A program made the position numbers and the translations under genes. Of a stretch of 64,000 bases of DNA, positions 12,772 through 26,318 are shown piece after piece. Origin of the DNA: Podarcis melisellensis. Taxonomy: Eukaryota. The stretch lies in NCBI GenBank assembly GCA_964234715.1, contig OZ174275.1. The stretch is one strand, 5' to 3'. The notes beneath the pieces were generated by a model. That model was not told where the DNA came from. It searched no databases and saw only the letters and a program-made list of their open reading frames with translations. The stretch's first letter is position 1, and each line of letters starts with the position of its first letter.

Positions 12772-14068
12772 CTAGATAAATAAACGTAAAACAATATATC
12801 AGAACACACCTATACCTTGCCCTTATTTGTCAGGGAATTTACAAGACAAATGACTCAAAAAAAATGTTTATAATAGGACAATAAAACCTGTTTATTTTAA
12901 CAGGTGACATTAAATTGACTTTCACAGTAAAAGATATTTCTGTTCACACTTTCAGTTTAGATAGATTTATTCTGTTCTCTGTTGAATTTAATGATGGTGT
13001 TGAGAAACATATTAGTCCTCAAAGCCTGATCCTGGCAACAGTTATTACAAAATAGAATGAGTAGGTCCAGGAAAGCAAATATGATTACTTTTTTCTTGGT
13101 CTGCATTACCAGTGGTAGTTAATGCAGGATTAGGTCACGTCAAGGTTTTGCTCTGCATAATCCTTAGGTATATATGCAAGTATTACAGAGAGAAAGTTCT
13201 CACAATATTTTCAGATTCGTATTAAGATACATAAATCACCATGTTAACATTTTTAATTTGTGAGAATAGTATGTCCATTAGAGACAATGTGGAATTACTG
13301 TTATTATGCCTGCATTATCACAGTTTTGTGACTTTTTGGTTGGTCTTAATAAAGGTATTACCCAACCATGGGTTTTGGAAAGTTTTTCCCTTTCCTGGTC
13401 CAACATGGCTACCCTTGTTCTTCATGTTTCTTATAAGAAGAAAATTTATTTCTTAGGAACCCCAGATGGCCATAAAATGAAATAAAATGAGAAACCTAGC
13501 CATCATGTGGTTATCAAGTTCAAAATAAGGAACAAGAACACTTAAAAAAAATTATAGATAAGTAGCTTATACTGTATAGCCCGTACTTGATTCAGCTCTA
13601 AGAATACACAGTGAAAGCAAGATGAGAGATTTTAAGGGACTTTCTTCTCAGGAGTGAGAGAGAATATTACCTCAGACCCTGAAGTCTGAATTTCTTACAA
13701 AAAGTCCTCAAATGAAGCTGTAACTTTGGCTTTTTCAGTTCTGTGTAACTGTGTTGATTTGGGGTTGGCAATTCCCCCCCCCCCATATAAGTTCCTCATT
13801 TACTTTTGGATTAGCTGGAAATATAGAAGGTTATTATTAATATCAAAGAAATGTGTTTTAAGTCAATGAAGTCTTTCCTCTACATATTGCACAAAAAGGT
13901 CCATAATAATTGCAGTCTTTTAATAAGGTATTCATATAGCAAGAGATGAAGAAAATACAGTCTTTAATAACCTCTGGAGTATTTTAAAACATGTCTTAGG
14001 GCCTTAAAGTGCCTAGTAATATACTATTTAAAACCACAATTTTATCCCTCCACAATATACAGTCATAC

Positions 14069-14363
14069 NNNNNNNNNNNNNNNNNNNNNNNNNNNNNNNN
14101 NNNNNNNNNNNNNNNNNNNNNNNNNNNNNNNNNNNNNNNNNNNNNNNNNNNNNNNNNNNNNNNNNNNNNNNNNNNNNNNNNNNNNNNNNNNNNNNNNNNN
14201 NNNNNNNNNNNNNNNNNNNNNNNNNNNNNNNNNNNNNNNNNNNNNNNNNNNNNNNNNNNNNNNNNNNNNNNNNNNNNNNNNNNNNNNNNNNNNNNNNNNN
14301 NNNNNNNNNNNNNNNNNNNNNNNNNNNNNNNNNNNNNNNNNNNNGGCATGCTCTTTTATACAC
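14069..14363 (-). CDS. Coding exon (295 nt) of the same gene; reads K-CIKEHA...[masked]
   Basis: Acceptor ttttcctatacCAG precedes 14363. The N-run ends exactly at the donor GTatga (14068). The phase-2 start completes AA|G (Lys) from the upstream exon, and the exon ends in phase 0. Confidence 0.75.
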
Positions 14364-16281
14364 CTGGTATAGGAAAATGCTGCCCTCTCCTGGATATCGA
14401 ATGTGATTATCCACTCCAACAGCCACACTAATGTGAAGTATGGCAAAATGCAAGGTGTGAACACAGGAGAATCTTTGAAGGTTAAAAGTCATTACTGCAT
14501 TTCACACGCACAAACCATCAACTATGGTATTAGCCATAGTAGATTGCCAGCAAGAATTACTTAAATTACACACAGCCAGCGTTCATGGGCTTGCAGGAAA
14601 ATGAGTCTTGTTGATCCGCAATGGAATTAGACGGACAGCTTTATTCACAAAGCACTTCTTACACAAATATAACCTGCTCGGAGAAAATCATTTACAATGT
14701 CACGTATAAAGACTATGCAAATGTCTGTTTTGTGGAATGTACACAATTTAGGAAAAGGCTTCCCAAAATATGTTTCCACAGAAATATAGAACTGGCACAG
14801 TTATCTTGCATGATGATGGCTGCAATCTTATACCCATTTATAGCTGGGAGGAAGCCGTACTGAACTCAATAGGACTTCTTTCCGAGTAGAGATGAATAGG
14901 ATTTCACTGTACATTTTTTCCTATGCAGGGATTATATCCTACCCACGTTTAAAATAATCCCCCTAACCAGCGTATTAAAGATTTAAGGCTATTCCAGGGT
15001 CATGAACATATTCTATTTCTAAAGAGAAAATATATTCTATACAGTCAATTTTTGAAAATACATTAAAAAAAATCTTTAAAACTGCACTGGGAAAACTTAC
15101 CATTGCCTTCAGTTATATATCTATAATCCATAACCAAACATTAATAAATAAAATTATTATTATTAATAATAATAATAATGATGAAGGCTGTTAAATAGTG
15201 TACACTGATGATGTTTAATAGCGTATACTGAAAATGCACACAGATTACAATAACTTATTTTCAGAGTACAACATGCATTACAATCTAGTTCAAGTTAGTT
15301 AAGACCCACTGAAGTCAACAAGTTATTTGTGACTAATTTGATATCAATGACGCTTAAGGGCGACAAATTTTAGCTGCCTTGGGGCTACGTTGTCTTTTTA
15401 ATCACAGTTAAATAATTTCTGTTGGTGTTGACTGAATCAGGAGTTTTCTTTGACAGCTGCCTTCAGATACCGTAAAACTATAATAATTATTTTCAAAACC
15501 AATATTATTTAGTTTACAGTATTGTGGTAAAGTGAGAAGGAAATAAGCTTTATATATCTGTGAAACCACATACAGCCTTCCTCTGTACAGACATCACTAA
15601 TGTGTCAGTGTGTTTTTGAAGCTTTAAACAAATCAAGAACATAAGCACACTTAGATATTTGTTTACATCAGCCACCAGACACTGCAATTTGTGTAAAAAG
15701 CATAAACATATATAAACATAACCAAGCATTGCCAAATTATACAAATTAAAAGATACTAGAGTATACCACCCTCTCTTAACAGACAGAAGCAAATGAAAGG
15801 TTATGTTAAACAAACAATAATATGGAATTTGAATCACAACACTGAGTCACTTTTAAGACTTTGTGCTTTAGTCTCTCCATGGATGCTTTTTTTCTTTTTT
15901 GCAACAAAACATGCTTATCTTATTAATCTTTAAATGTTTTCAAATAACCCTTGTAGATACGAATTCAATTATTTTATTAGAAGACATATTATTAATTTTA
16001 AAATGTACAGCACATTTACTTTGCCCTTTAATGCCATGGTCTTATTTTTCTATTCAAATCTTGTACACTGTAAGTTAATTGCTTTTGGAAACTACTTATT
16101 ATTCATGTAAAAATTAATGTGCCAATGTGTTTAAATCCTTTTAAATGACCATTCATGCATCCTTCCCGTTTAAGTACCGATGAAATCTGTCAAAGATATC
16201 AGTGCAAGATGGTTTTAAAGAAAGTTCCAATAAAGATTTTTCCCCCTGCTAACATAAGATTTTCATTTTCACCAACTTTAC

Positions 16282-16494
16282 TTGAATTCCATTAATTTNN
16301 NNNNNNNNNNNNNNNNNNNNNNNNNNNNNNNNNNNNNNNNNNNNNNNNNNNNNNNNNNNNNNNNNNNNNNNNNNNNNNNNNNNNNNNNNNNNNNNNNNNN
16401 NNNNNNNNNNNNNNNNNNNNNNNNNNNNNNNNNNNNNNNNNNNNNNNNNNNNNNNNNNNNNNNNNNNNNNNTGAATTTGGATTCAGACATTATG
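16282..16494 (-). CDS. Coding exon (213 nt) of an unidentified minus-strand gene; reads (I)MSESKF...[masked]...KLMEF-K; ATG at 16490 may be the start codon
   Basis: Minus-strand acceptor ttcttccAG precedes 16494 and donor GTaaag follows 16282. The frame is the same on both sides of the N-run 16299-16471. The exon ends in phase 2 (AA|). Confidence 0.75.
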
Positions 16495-17215
16495 CTGGAA
16501 GAAATCTTTAATAACAGATCTACTGGTACATTTCTGTATTCTTAAGCAAGAACGAGATCTTCTCATAATTCAAACAATTAAAAGAAACACGTCTACATCT
16601 TAAGGTTTCAGGCTTTCTGTAAATACACACAACACATCTTAACTCTAATGGAAACTTCGGCATTTTCAGAACAAAGGACTGGGTACCTATTAAAAAGTAA
16701 TACTCATGTCTCTCCCAATACGCACCTTATTTGGTCTTAATTCATAGGTGCTTTGCAGTTACGAACATGTGATTAGATAGAGGAGACCTTCAGGTCTCGT
16801 TGCAAGAAGGTGCATCGGATTCAAACCCAAGACTTGGCACACATATGTCTATCTTGTTTTTATATATTTTTAATGAAATTAAGTAGTCGTTTACCACAAC
16901 CTCGTTCAGCAATAGCTTTAACCAAAAGCAAACCATAAGCCTTTCCAGGGACCTCTCCAGGAAAAGAGTGAATTATTTTTTTAATAAATAGTCACAGGAC
17001 CTGACCTCCTCTGAGAGGAGGATAGTGTTGAGAAACTGCTGCCTGATTATAATGTGGGTAGGCTATCACTACAGATTTGCTTTAAAGCAAGCAGGGAACC
17101 GTTCCTTAGCCCAAGAGCTGCATCCCTTGGGCTCACCCATCTGGGAAACACTTGCTGGTGGTTGGCAAGGCCAAAAAAGAGGGTGTGACCAAAGTGGGAA
17201 GGGCTAAATCTGGTA

Positions 17216-17441
17216 CAGTGGTACCTCAGGTTACATACACTTCAGGTTACAGACTCCGCTAACCCAGAAATAGTGCTTCAGGTTAAGAACTTTGCTTCAG
17301 GATGAGAAGAGAAATTGTGCTCCGGCGGCGCGGCGGCAGCAGGAGACCCCATTAGCTAAAGTGGTGCTTCAGGTTAAGAACAGTTTCAGGTTAAGTACGG
17401 ACCTCCGGAACGAATTAAGTACTTAACCTGAGGTACCACTG
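17216..17441. mobile_element. Tc1/mariner-type MITE (CAGTGGTACCTC TIR family)
   Basis: TIRs cagtggtacctc...gaggtaccactg; TA TSD. Confidence 0.9.
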
Positions 17442-17842
17442 TATATACATACACCACACCCAGACAACACAGAGGGAATAGAGAGGAAGCCCCAAGCGTA
17501 GACCAAGGTCTGATGACTGACAGTTCCCCCACCATCTTACAACTAAGCCTGATTTGAAGGGGGGAGAAGTATGTTACTATTTCTTTATGGCACAACTGGG
17601 CAACCTGCAATCTGACCCACTTTTATGTGGCCTCTAACATCCCCTGAAGTCGCTCCATTTCCCCACGTAAATTGCTTCTTGCCTGTTAGCTTCCTACTTT
17701 TCCTGACTTCTAAAAATATTTTGCCACTCTTTCTTTGACGTTTCAGAGCAAATGCAAAAGGACATCATTTCATTTGATAAAAAATAATGGATCGTTTTTA
17801 AAATCCATTTTTTCTTGGAGAAAACAACTTCCCAAACCACCA

Positions 17843-19181
17843 AGTTATAAATATAATATATACCCCATCTATGTGCCCACCAGTCCTACCAGTCAATAGA
17901 TGGTAGATTGTGTCCTCCCTAAAAGAGGGCACGTGTTGCGGTGAGATCTGGAGATTGACTTCTTGGCTGTGGGTGGGTCCACTGGATAGCCACAACACCT
18001 GATAGGTAGGTCCCTCGATGCTGGTTTTCAATCTGGCCAATGGGGTTGCAATCTAAACTGATCGAAGGACCTATAAAAACCCATGCACATGACCCAGAGC
18101 TTCCTCTTTTGGCTTGTGCATCGGAACACCCACCCACCTCTCCCTAATTTTAGGGCCTTTTGCGATTGACCTTGCTATGCCGTCGTGTGTCGTCTGTCGT
18201 TGGAACTGGGGCACGGCAGGAATTTTCCCACTTGGCTGATTGGCTGTTGCCATTTGGGTTCCACCTGCCGCGTAGCAAGTCGTCACAACTTGTAAGGTTG
18301 CGGATAAGCATTGGTTCATGTGATAAGGATGGGAGAAGGGTCTCACCATCCCTATGTGAAGGGTATTCCGTTAAAGGAATCCAGGGACTCAACTTAGATT
18401 GGCCAACCCCTGAAAAGGGGTTGTGCCCGTGCCTGAGTCCAGGGGAGCATTTGGGGAGTGAAGAGAGTCTGCTCCCAGGTTTTTCACCTTCCTCAGGAGT
18501 TCACTCTTGGCTGACCTATGATAGAGCTCTGGGTCAGTGCTACCTGCAAGGATGTAGGGAGCTAGTCAAACCAGAGCCTATGCAACCACTCACTTTTCTG
18601 TAATCATAAAGTTGTGGCCTAAATTCTGCCAAAAACCAAAACTAAAATTTGAGTCAAATGTATCTTTATTTAGGAATTAGGAGGGAGGTCTCTGGGTCTG
18701 AACACGCAATCCACCTTATGGCACAGGATAATCAGTGGGTGTCTCCTTTATGGGGGAGAAAGGCTTTTATTTTTCTGACACGGTGATTGGAATGAAAAGC
18801 TATCATAGTTTGGAAAAAAGTAAGGGGTGTGTGATGTGAGAGAGAGTGAGAGCGAAACAAGAGTTGTGGTGTAATTGAGAGGAAGGAGGGGATAGGGAGG
18901 GAAGGAGGGGAAGAGAGAGAGAGCACAAACTCTGAACTAAAGGCTGAGAGTATTTTGTGGTGTACTGTGTCTCCCTCTTATGTGATGAGGCAGATCTGCT
19001 GCGTGGTAAGAACATGTTGGCTGCTTACTTCCATGCACACTCTATCTATATATATGTAAAATAAATCTACTATTAAAAATGTCATATGTCCCCAGTGATC
19101 TCTCTTCCAAAGGACAAGCCAAACCCAGGGAGCACTGCCACTGAACCTCTTGACACCTGGGGAAATGTGGAACATATAACA
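17843..19181 (+). mobile_element. Two solo LTRs, apparently nested (inner ~17909-18725)
   Basis: Inner element has tgtgtcc...ggcaca termini, agat/ggat flanks and TATA (ctataaaa, 18072). Outer element ends ...tataaca, with aataaa at ~19060. Confidence 0.5.
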
Positions 19182-22100
19182 ATACTGTTCATGGCTTTGG
19201 GGACTTCCGGGAGAGAGAAGTGGTGGTTTGGCTATCACTCTGTTAGCGCCTGCTGACAGAAAATAATTATGTGGCAATTGATAATAGACAGATAGTATGA
19301 CTATTAATCACTCTGGAAATAAGGGTGATCTGGGAATTAACCTCAAAACACTTTGATCAAAGCCGTTTTCCTGCTGTCTGCACCTGGTGGCTTGGAAAGG
19401 AGATAGAATGAGCTGGCAAGCTGAGGCGTTGCCATTGTGCCCAAATGCCATGTGGTCACCTGTTATAGGTAAAGAAGATCCACAACTTCTCTATTTAAAA
19501 ATACTTCTGGGGCAAAGAAAACAGTAACAAGATACCCCTCCATCTACAATCTCAAAATCTGTAAGCACTGTCTTCCATCACTGAAGAAAAACAGAAAGGA
19601 AAAACAGATTGTTAAAGTGACTAAAGCAGAACAAAAAGTCTTATTTATGGTTGTGAATGAGGAGAATCCCTGTGTGAAAAATCTTTGACCATTTTCTGTT
19701 TCCTGCCACTAAAGAAGTGAAAAAACCGAAATTAAAATGGCTATCAGTAGCTGTGGGAAAGGAATTTTCTTTGAGATAAGTTGCAGCTGTGATTTTAAGG
19801 TAATAGTAAATGTTACGGTAATAATATCCAGAACATCAATAGCATCCAGTATGATAAAGGTACTTTTGGATCACCCAATGACTGTTGGTATTGTTCAGCA
19901 GTTGATGGCTGAACAATTAAAAATAATCAGATCAATGTTTGATGAAGAAAATGGGCCAAAGAGATATGCCCTTTTAAAATATGCTTTTTTGGGGGTCTAT
20001 TCAGTTGCTGTTTTTACTTTTATTATGTATTTTGTGATTTTATATCTTGATTTTATTCTGTGAACTGCCCTGAGACCCCCGGGTATAGGGCGGTATATAA
20101 ATTCAATAAACAACAACAACACCACAGAAAATGGAAATGGGGAATACTCAGAGGCTCCAAACCAAACTGATGAAAAGTTGGCATGACTGGAACATAAAAT
20201 AGTTAAACTGAAGAAACAAATGGTGATGCTGAAATGCAAATGAGTTCCATTCAAGGATTTGGAGGAGAAGGAGAATATAAAATCATAAATGGTAAAATGG
20301 AGAATTATTTGGATATGGTATTGATGGAACTAAGTGGGGGGGGGGAGTTTTGGGAAAACTTCAGTCCTGCCCTTCTAGCAGAAAGAAAGTATTCTGAATA
20401 TGATCTGGAGCAAATTCAGAGAATGATGCTATTAAAGTTATGGTACTCTCTCTAGAAAAAGACTGGAAAAAAGGGAAATAGAAGGTCCAATGGAGGAGAT
20501 CAGGATACTATCATAAACACAACAGGAAATGGAAATACAAGAAGTGGTACTGAACATATGGAACTAAACATGAACTAATGGACATATGGGGGGGATATAC
20601 AGAATATTGGCCCAATGTGTGATCACAGTGGAGAGTAATGTTGATGAAAATTAATGAATGTAAAGTTAAAAGGAAAAATAGAGTTGACATTTATTGATAG
20701 AAATAACCATTCGAGAACCCATGTTGGAATTTTCATGGGAAAAGAAATGAATGATTCTGACACACCTTGACTTAAAAGAAATATTGTTTAACAGAAAGTA
20801 GAGAACATGGATGTTAGCATGGACTGGATGTTTTAAATCTTTATTTTTTTTTTAATGTAACAGACAGATGGAAAATTGGAAGTCTTCTTTTTGTATGTTT
20901 TTCTAATATTTTTGTCTACTTTACTTTATTTCTTTTTCTTCTCTTTCTTTCTTCTGTTTCTCTTCTTTCTTTTTCTTCTTTCTCTTTGGAATCCTATATT
21001 TGGGGCTTTTATTCAGGTCCAGAGATTGTATACTCATGGGGGTGGCAGATGGTCAACGGAGGACCCTGGCTGAGAGACAGGTGAACATTGTGTCCCAAGG
21101 TGAGAGGCTGAGAGGAGAAAGGAAAGACCCCAGGTGATAGCTGGGAGAGGCTACTGTCCTCTGTGGGTAGCAAGAGCTAAGAAATACTTTTAAGTGAGGA
21201 CTCTACTTATTTGATTTGTGTTTTTTGTAGTTGTAATTTTACTGCAGTATTGGTGCAAACAACAGTAAGGCTGCAGAAACACATGGTAGTTTAGTTGCAG
21301 AAAGGTAGGAGGCTACATCAAAGCACAGAAATAAGGATAATAAGTGACAACAGGAAAGCAAAGCCATGAGTTTACACACTAATGCCCAGTATTCACTTTG
21401 TTCATCCTAAATGAAACTTCAGAGGGAATTCAAGACAAGTGTTCCAGGTCGCTGAAAATGAAGGAAGAAAAGCAATGCCACCCACCATCCCTGCAGCTGC
21501 GCCCCCCCCAATTGCTATTTTAGGATGCAGAAGGGGAGGAAAATGGCAAGTAAATGAACCAAGGCTAAAACACGGGAGGAAATCACATTGGACCCAGTGG
21601 GCCTTGCTTTTCTGCAACAATGCAGAATAATAGTGTATCCATATTTGCATCCCATGACCACTGGATATTTTTTAATGAGCAACCTCAAGCTACTAGAATG
21701 TTTTTCCAGCTTTCCAATGTACACAAGTTACCATCGCTGGCATGTTGGAGACTGCCTTGATTCTGTTTTTGTCACACCGTTTTCAGATATCCATTCCCCC
21801 AGGCAGGTGACTTATTTAACCCTAAATTGGCATTTCTCCCTGTTTCAACCCTGCTGCCCTTGTCCTCTCGAAAGCCTCTTGTAACTTCTGGTCATATCCC
21901 TCTTCGGTTATGCCCAGTCAAGATCCCTCTGCACACAGTCACATGTGCCCACAGGCCAGAGACTTACCATACTCGAATTTGGAGCACATCAGAAGAGGTT
22001 CAGTGCAGAAAATGTAAGTTCACCTAGCTGAATTTATCACAGAATCAAAACAAAGTTTATCCCTCCTATTTGAATCAGGCATATAGGAAGAGTATATTAA

Positions 22101-22749
22101 ATGTGCTATCTCCATTATAACATCAACTGATAAGGAAGCAAAAACTGAAAAAAGTACCCCCATTTTCCTGGAGTTAATCAGATACCAGGATCTTTTAAGA
22201 TATCCTGAAACGTTTTGCCCTAGGCCAAGCTAAACTAAATCACTTAATCTAGGAGGGTACTGCATATAAAAGCAAAGTTAGCTTATAGAATAGTTTCCCC
22301 AGGGAACAAACAGCCTGTTTTCTTAGCACTCTTATTCATGCCAAGTTTTGATGTAATGACAAACTCCACCACAAAAGGACTCGCGCTTCCACAGAGCTAG
22401 AAAAATTTACTGGCAAATCTAAAGGTCAAAAAATTAATAGAAGAAAACTCAACTCAGCCCAGAACAGGTGCTGAGAAGTTTTCACAGCAAAAAGGATAAA
22501 AGGTTATAGGCATTTTTAATGGTTACCTAAAAACAAAAGAATCTGTAGTTCAGACGCATTTAAATATCATCTCCACCTCTAAACTGAAATTGTGGTTTGA
22601 ACACTGAGAACATTTCATCAAAAGCAACAACTACCTCATATTCTATTAACATTCCTTGATAATAAAAGCACTACAGTACTCTGAACACTATAAAACTTCA
22701 TACTTCTGTGCCCATAACATTTCATTTCTGCTCCTTGGTGGACTTCTCA

Positions 22750-23260
22750 CACCGGAAAATGAAAGGGGTGATGAGAATACTGTCCCATTAGTTCTCTTGG
22801 ACTTCTCAGCTACTTTTGAAACCATCAGCCATGGTGACCTTCTGGGTTTTTTATCTGAGTTGAGCTTAGCTGCTGGAGTTTTACAGCGGTTCTGCCGCTT
22901 TCCAAAGAAGTAGTTTCAGAAGGTGGTTCTGTGGGGACTTCTGCTCTACCCCCTGACCTTTGGCTTATGGGGTGCTTCAAATCCCCATGTTTTTAATAGG
23001 CTTGTTCACACATTTCACTAAAAACCGGCACAAATGATCTCAACACATGTGCAACTGTTTCTGTGAAAGAATGTCCACTTGTTGATTTGTGCAGCTAAAT
23101 TATTGTGCAGACAGTTACCCAGAAACTCTTTGAATGCTAGGTATGAATAACTGTGCAAGTTTTCCTATGACTGCTCAGGTGGTTGTGGCATCCAGAAGTT
23201 TCAGCTCCACTTGGTGAGGTCAGGCCTGGCCACAGTTATCCATCTTCTAGTCATGACCAG
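22750..23260 (+). mobile_element. Degenerate L2-clade RT fragment; another at ~47560-47690
   Basis: LVLLDFSATFETISH resembles the LLDLSAAFDTIDH motif. Confidence 0.7.
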
Positions 23261-23817
23261 CTCATTTATTTCATTGTTAAGAGCATTTCTGTACCACATC
23301 CCACATAAAGTCTCGAGGCACTTAAAATATTAAAATACATATCAACATATTAAAATACAGAATGATAATGCAAACAAAAACTAGTAGATCCTTGCAGAAA
23401 GGAGGATTTAATCCCTCAGCTATCAGCAGGTGAGCAAAGGGTTAAATCCTGCCTGCCAGGAGAAAGCAAAATTCATCTCCCCCATGCAGTGGTCAATTTT
23501 GCCTGCTTGGGAACCACTGAGCAAGGGATTTTGACAGGTGGGCAGAATACCCCACTTGTCAATCATTTGATATCATTGGAGTGACAGGTGGGTTGCCCCA
23601 CAGGCCTGTGAAAGTTGGCCGATGGGGTCAGATAAGAATCTGGCCCATGGAATCAGAATGTGGCCCACCCCTGACCTACAGCAGTCTCAGGACCATGGAA
23701 GGTGGGGAGGAAGACCTTAATTCTTGCCAACAGAAAATCATTTTTCCACAAGGTAATTGGAGGTTTCTATTGAAAAGCAGCTTTGGAGAGACTGTGTCAG
23801 GACCATAGCAGAGTATC

Positions 23818-24350
23818 AGAGAATCACAGAATTATAGAATCGCAGCATTGTTGAGTTTTAAGGAATCCCTAGGGGACATCTAGTCCAACCTCCTGCAACG
23901 CAGGAATCTCTACTAAAGAATCCATGACAGATGGCCATCCAACCTCTGCTTAAAAACCTCCAAGGAAGGAGAGTCCACCACCTTCCGAGGGAGTCCGTCC
24001 ACTGTTGAACAGCTCTTACTGTCAGAAAGTTATTCCTGATGTTTAGTTGGAATCTCCTTTCTTGGTTTGAGACCTACCCTCCACAGCAGGAGAAAACAAG
24101 CATACTCCATTTCCTATGTAACAGCCCTTCAGATAACCATCTTCAACGATCATATCACCTCTCCGACACCTATTTTCCAGGTTAAACATAACCAGCTCCC
24201 TCAACTGTTTATCATAAGACATGTTTTCCAGGCCCTTTATCATCTTGGTTGCCCTCCTTCGTACATGTTCCATTTTGTTCCCTCAATTCCTACGCTCAAT
24301 TCATTTATAAAGATGTTGAACAACACCAGGCCCAGGAGAGAACCCTGTTA
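23818..24350 (-). mobile_element. CR1 LINE 3' fragment
   Basis: Encodes EHVRRRATKMIKGLENMSY...LRELVMFNLENR..RGDMI; (ATTCTRTG)-type tail. Confidence 0.9.
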
Positions 24351-25068
24351 ACTACCTTTTACCATTATTCCAAAGCAACCATTTACATTTACATAACAGA
24401 ACCCATAAATATTAATTGCGTTCTTGTAGTCATAATGGGATATGGATTTTGGGAAGCTTGCTATTAGGGTTCTGGAAGATCTTAGCTGGGAAAATCTAGC
24501 TTTGTGTTTCTGCTACAAACTACAGCTGCTTTGGCAGCTCCCAACTATTCCTGGCATATTACTTCAGAACAGTAATGTTGAGATATTGCTGGAATCATGC
24601 CATAATTGAGGAATGGCACTTTTTAAGCTTGCAACTGAGGTCAACCTTGCATAGAATATAATCAGACAGTTAGAGAGAGACTTGTGGGGCCTGAGGGCTC
24701 TTTCCATGCCAACTGCAATCAATGGCAAAATCAGCAAATATTTAAGAGGAGGGGAAGCCCCAAGCAGGGATAAATATGAGAGTCAAATCAAAGGCGTCCT
24801 CTTCCTCATGCGATTAGAACTGCTTGAAGGAAGGGGAGCGAGCACCAAGCTAGCTTCGCCCTTCCATGACAAATGGAATGTGTATTAGAATTAACCATGT
24901 TTCTCACTGCTCTGCAACTTCACTTTCACATTCCAACAAGGGATCTATCTGCACTATACATTTAAAGCAGCACCACACCAATTTAAACAGCCGTGGGTTC
25001 CCCCAAAACAATCCTGGGCACAGTAGTCTGCTAAGGGTGCTGAGAGTTGTTAAGAGACACCCCCCCCC

Positions 25069-25569
25069 TGCGGAAATGACTGGCAGAATCCGAGACCAGG
25101 GAGAAGAGTCGGTGGAAGAAGACTGGAAAAAGTTTAAAGACTATTTACAGAAGTACTGTAAAATTAATGAATGTTAGAAAAATGTTGGAATGAAGTTATA
25201 TGGCTTTAGTAGAAATGTTATAAGGAATTAAGTACAAATAGATTATTAGTGTATTAAAGGAAAATAAGGTTAGAACATGTTAAGATAATTATAGGACAGA
25301 AAACAGAGGAAGATGGAAAGGAATTGCTGAAACAATTAACAGAAGTGGAATACAAAAAGGGAGGTGTGAGGAGGTCATTGAAACAAGTGAATGAAAGAAA
25401 AGATATTGAAATTGTTTGATGTGTTTTAAACTGTCTTTGTTTTGTTTTGTTAGTTTAATGTGTTAGTGTTATGTAGTGTTTTTGTTTTTGTATTGTATTG
25501 TACTGTTTATTTTTTTTGTAGTGTTTAAACTGTTGAAAAAGTAATAATTTTTTTTTATTTTTTTTTAAA
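25069..25569 (+). mobile_element. L1-like LINE 3' end inserted in an older repeat
   Basis: ORF end AEMTGRIRDQGEESVEEDWKKFKDYLQKY, AT-rich 3'UTR, TSD aagagacacccc. Confidence 0.7.
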
Positions 25570-26077
25570 AAGAGACACCCCGCCCCCACTCCCAGAGTCG
25601 TGTAACTATCACTCCTTCTTTCCACACAACTCTGGGAATTGTAGCTTTGTGGCAGAAATTCTATAAATCGCTGCATGTGCTCAATGACTTCCATGAGGGC
25701 AATGGAACACCCTCTCCTTCTCCAACCCTTTCTCTTGATCCATGTAGTTAACACATGCTTATGTCCAGTAGAATCTGTACTGAAGAGAACTACTATAATG
25801 TTTATCCAACCCAGGATCTCAAATCCTGATCCCGTCTGCACTATACATCCTGCCAATTTAAGAAGTCATGCCCCCCCCCCCCAAGAATGCTGGGAGCTGT
25901 TAAGTGCTATTAAGGGCACTGTTAGAAATTAGCCAAGCGCTGGGAGCATTTTGCCACTGGCGGGGTTCTAATTGAGACCATATGGAGATCTCAGGATGTC
26001 AGGCTGCTGACTGACATCTGGCTAGCCCCTCCAGTTTTCTTAAGCAGCTAAGCAGAAGGGCTTATTTATTGCATGTA

Positions 26078-26318
26078 CAGTGGTACCTTGGGTTACAGAT
26101 GCTTCAGATTACAGATGCTTCAGGTTACAGACTCTGCTAACCAAGAAATAGTACCTTGGGTTAAGAACTTTGCTTCAGGGTGAGAACAGAAATTGCGTGG
26201 CGGCGGTGCGGTGGCAGCGGAGGCCCCATTAGCTAAAGTGGTGCTTCAGGTTAAGTACAGTTTCAGGTTAAGAATGGACCTCCAGAACGAATTAAGTTCT
26301 TAACCAGAGGTACCACTG
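26078..26318. mobile_element. Tc1/mariner MITE, same family
   Basis: TIRs and TA TSD. Confidence 0.9.

Noticed and set aside
3082-16471. N-runs as ordinary assembly gaps
   Set aside because: Their irregular lengths preserve reading frame and coincide with exons and splice sites.
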